From NCBI GenBank assembly GCA_964480435.1, contig CAYZSS010000017.1, positions 1 to 17,901 on the forward strand: DNA of 17,901 bases, given 5' to 3'. Below, in pieces: positions 15,458 through 17,901 of this stretch; within the stretch, counting starts at the first letter, position 1, and each line of letters starts with the position of its first letter. Below the pieces are notes generated by a model. The model searched no databases. It had not been told where the DNA came from and saw only the letters and a list, made by a program, of their open reading frames with translations. The DNA is from an uncultured archaeon (GTDB lineage Archaea > Iainarchaeota > Iainarchaeia > Iainarchaeales > 0-14-0-20-30-16). The translations under genes were made by a program, and so were the position numbers.

Positions 15458-17901
15458 TTACTCTTTACAAGTAATGCTTATTCCAAATCTTATTTGTGTT
15501 CTATTATTAATGGAATTTTGTGACATTCCAGAAATCCAGCAAGTAATTCCGCCTGTATCTATAATATTTGACTTTGTCTCCCCCGGTGTAAACTGTTTTC
15601 CCCAATTTTCACTTGTTATACTTCCCGAGGGGTTTTCGAAGAAATACTCTGACCAACCATTAAATTTAATGCCTGCTTTTTTAAGTATTCTTTGCCCGGT
15701 ACTAAATAAGCCACAATTAAAACTATCTGTCTTTTCTATAGATACCGTACACTTGCTTAGGTCGGTTACACTGGAATTACAAACAGGTACTTCCTTATCT
15801 CCGTCTATGTCGCCAAGGCCTATAAATCCTAAAGATACCATACTGCTGCATATCATTGATAAGTTATAGCTTATTTTGACTTTTTTTAATGCATCAAGTG
15901 TAGCCTTTGCTTTTGTTTGTTTATCTTGTGCTTCTGTTTTACTGCTACAGCTTCCGTTTGAAAGACAGTAAGGGAAAGCAGCTCCAAACATATAATTGCA
16001 TAAATCGTCTCCAGTCTTACTAGCTATTGTATTGGCCTTACAGTTCGGAGCATAAAACCCGTTGCTATACCTAACCCAATTTAAATCATATGCTCTCTCT
16101 GTGTTTTTCACTAATAGACCTTTTGAATTTGCATATGCTTGGGTAGTGTACAAATATAAATTATCTGTTGTTGAAGTAGCACAGACTGTCTTTCCGCCGA
16201 TATCAGAACAATAATTAGATTTACACTGCTCATTGTAAGTGCAAAGTGTTAATAATAATAATCCAGTTGTAGTTGCGGAAGGCATAGAACAAACACCACT
16301 ATTACAAACTAAACCACTTTGACATTGGGCCATCTCTTGACAATACCCTCCAGCTGTAAGTAAACCACACTTTCCTGTTAAAGAAGAGGTTGTTACTTCC
16401 CACCCAGTTTTTTTGAAAACCCAATTGTTTAATTTATCATCAATATACTCGGAAGCAATTAATTGGTTATTATAGATACATACATTTTTACACAGAGGCG
16501 AAGAGTTACATTCTGCACCATCATCGAGAGCCTTCTTCTGCTTACAGTCATTTCCCCAGCCAGTTACTACATAAATATTATTTCTGAAACAAGAATAAGA
16601 CCCTGTTGGACAAAATGAGACAACATTCTTTTCTGCTTTACAAGCAATATCTCCGCTCTTTTTACAGGTCTTTGTCTGCCCATCACAAACAAGGTCTCCT
16701 GAACAGTTACTATTGTTAACACAACTATCCCCCGCAAGCCCTAAGCAAGTCTTTGTCTTTGAATCACATACATTACTGGCGCACTGCTCATTGGTGGTAC
16801 ACTCATTTGGGCTTTTTATTTTTTCTTTACAAGCCCCAGTATCACAATATTTTCCTGCGTCACAATCTTTAGATGTTGAACAAGTTGCACAAATATTATT
16901 TTTACAAACTCCGCTCTTACACTCATTTGCATTTAAACAGTTTGCTCCTCCTGCACTGAAACCGGCTGGAGCACATTTGCTTGTATTTGAGTCACAAACA
17001 GCCCCTAGCAAATCAAATGGTTTTCCGTCTTCTAAAAATGTTTTACAGGTGCTATAAAACTGTGTGTTTCCCGTAGCAGGATCACAAGCAAGAGAATTAA
17101 TTGCTGTTTTTACACATTTTTTTGTAGTTGTATTACAATATCCTAATTGAGAACTAGTTTGGGTCCAAGGACACTCTTTATCATAATCACATTTATCTCC
17201 TTTAAAACTGGCAGATAAAGTAGAACAATATGCAACCTGTCCGCTCTTTAATTTAGTGTCGCTAAACTTTATTCCAATATAACTATTGTAGTCTTTTCCT
17301 GCCGCGTCTTTTTTTACTTCATAAGTTGCACAAACCAAAGGATCTGCACATTCACTGGAATTAGTACAATCTGATTTAGTTTTTTTACTTCCTGAACTGC
17401 TTGTATGTCCCCCTGAACTACTCCCTCCACTTGCACTTCCTGGAGAAGATCCGCTTCCTCCACTAAAGCTTCCTGGAGAAGATCCACCCTCTCCCGTACT
17501 ACAATTTAATCTTGTTTTAAAAAAATAAAAAGCAGTCATTTCAACATTACATAAAATATCTTTTAATTGATTTTGACCAATGCCATTACAGAAACAGGAA
17601 TTCTGTACATCAAAAGTAGTTGAATCTGATGGGCTTGTACTTACTTTACTACTTGGGGTAGGTGTAATTGTCTTGCTACTATTACAAGCAGTTTCTAGAA
17701 TGTTTTTCTGTGCAAGGTTGCTTACTGCTGAAATATTAAAAACGTTGGCTATTGCTCCAGTCGCCACTTCACAGCCTTGTGCTTGTGTGGGGCTAATGCA
17801 TTTATATAAATAGGTACCATCCTGAACATCAATTGTATAGTCTGAAGGGCAAGCGGAAAAACCCATGCCTATAAAGATAAAAACAAAAAATATAGAAAAT
17901 A
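15458..17901 (-). CDS. very large Cys-rich secreted / surface (possibly lipid-anchored) protein, 5'-truncated by the window edge
   Basis: The frame stays open upstream of ATG 17866 to position 17901 and encodes ..FSIFFVFIFIG-MGFSAC, a hydrophobic signal or anchor ending in a lipobox-like FSAC. The real start is therefore outside the window. I count 62 Cys in the 802 listed residues. There are nine C-x5-C-x3-5-C-x4-8-C modules, a Gly/Ser/Pro linker (GGSSPGSFSGGSGSSPGSASGGSSSGG) and many N-x-S/T sequons. Confidence 0.8.
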   Translation of the reverse strand, partial: FSIFFVFIFIGMGFSACPSDYTIDVQDGTYLYKCISPTQAQGCEVATGAIANVFNISAVSNLAQKNILETACNSSKTITPTPSSKVSTSPSDSTTFDVQNSCFCNGIGQNQLKDILCNVEMTAFYFFKTRLNCSTGEGGSSPGSFSGGSGSSPGSASGGSSSGGHTSSSGSKKTKSDCTNSSECADPLVCATYEVKKDAAGKDYNSYIGIKFSDTKLKSGQVAYCSTLSASFKGDKCDYDKECPWTQTSSQLGYCNTTTKKCVKTAINSLACDPATGNTQFYSTCKTFLEDGKPFDLLGAVCDSNTSKCAPAGFSAGGANCLNANECKSGVCKNNICATCSTSKDCDAGKYCDTGACKEKIKSPNECTTNEQCASNVCDSKTKTCLGLAGDSCVNNSNCSGDLVCDGQTKTCKKSGDIACKAEKNVVSFCPTGSYSCFRNNIYVVTGWGNDCKQKKALDDGAECNSSPLCKNVCIYNNQLIASEYIDDKLNNWVFKKTGWEVTTSSLTGKCGLLTAGGYCQEMAQCQSGLVCNSGVCSMPSATTTGLLLLTLCTYNEQCKSNYCSDIGGKTVCATSTTDNLYLYTTQAYANSKGLLVKNTERAYDLNWVRYSNGFYAPNCKANTIASKTGDDLCNYMFGAAFPYCLSNGSCSSKTEAQDKQTKAKATLDALKKVKISYNLSMICSSMVSLGFIGLGDIDGDKEVPVCNSSVTDLSKCTVSIEKTDSFNCGLFSTGQRILKKAGIKFNGWSEYFFENPSGSITSENWGKQFTPGETKSNIIDTGGITCWISGMSQNSINNRTQIRFGISITCKE

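Noticed and set aside
15474-17813. Plus-strand ORFs 15474-15869, 16713-17057 and 17580-17813 opposite the Cys-rich protein gene
   Set aside because: They are antisense shadows of a gene of more than 2.4 kb with clear modular repeat architecture.

Overview
Compact, AT-rich (about 30% G+C by eye, not computed) archaeal chromosomal segment. TFE, Rpo6/RpoK, eS17, ABCE1, Pelota, Elp3, Taw3, a type IA topoisomerase and an initiator tRNA with an A1:U72 pair make the archaeal origin clear. Small divergent proteins, tight gene packing, frequent GGTG-type ribosome binding sites and a very large Cys-rich surface protein suggest a small-genome DPANN-type lineage (inference only). Positions 2.5-13 kb are ordinary information-processing and translation housekeeping genes. 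Four things are not explained by housekeeping. (1) An intergenic region at 2115-2485 holds twelve copies of a 9-bp GTAATTAC-type unit in tandem blocks, including a perfect 21-bp direct repeat around a 247-bp almost pure A/T spacer; it sits next to two orphan genes and tRNAi-Met and could be an operator array or an iteron-type origin. (2) A 340-bp intergenic island at 13763-14104 has conspicuously higher G+C and several perfect hairpins, and its T-run layout favours a roughly 220-nt minus-strand RNA that I cannot assign to a known family. (3) A surface protein of more than 813 aa, truncated at the window edge, carries 62 Cys and nine C-x5-C-x3-5-C-x4-8-C modules. (4) A GGTGTGA(Y) start-site motif recurs, with a duplicated RBS plus mini-ORF in the topA leader. 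I saw no CRISPR array, integrase, transposase or recognisable defence gene. All family calls come from motif recognition only; no searches were run.
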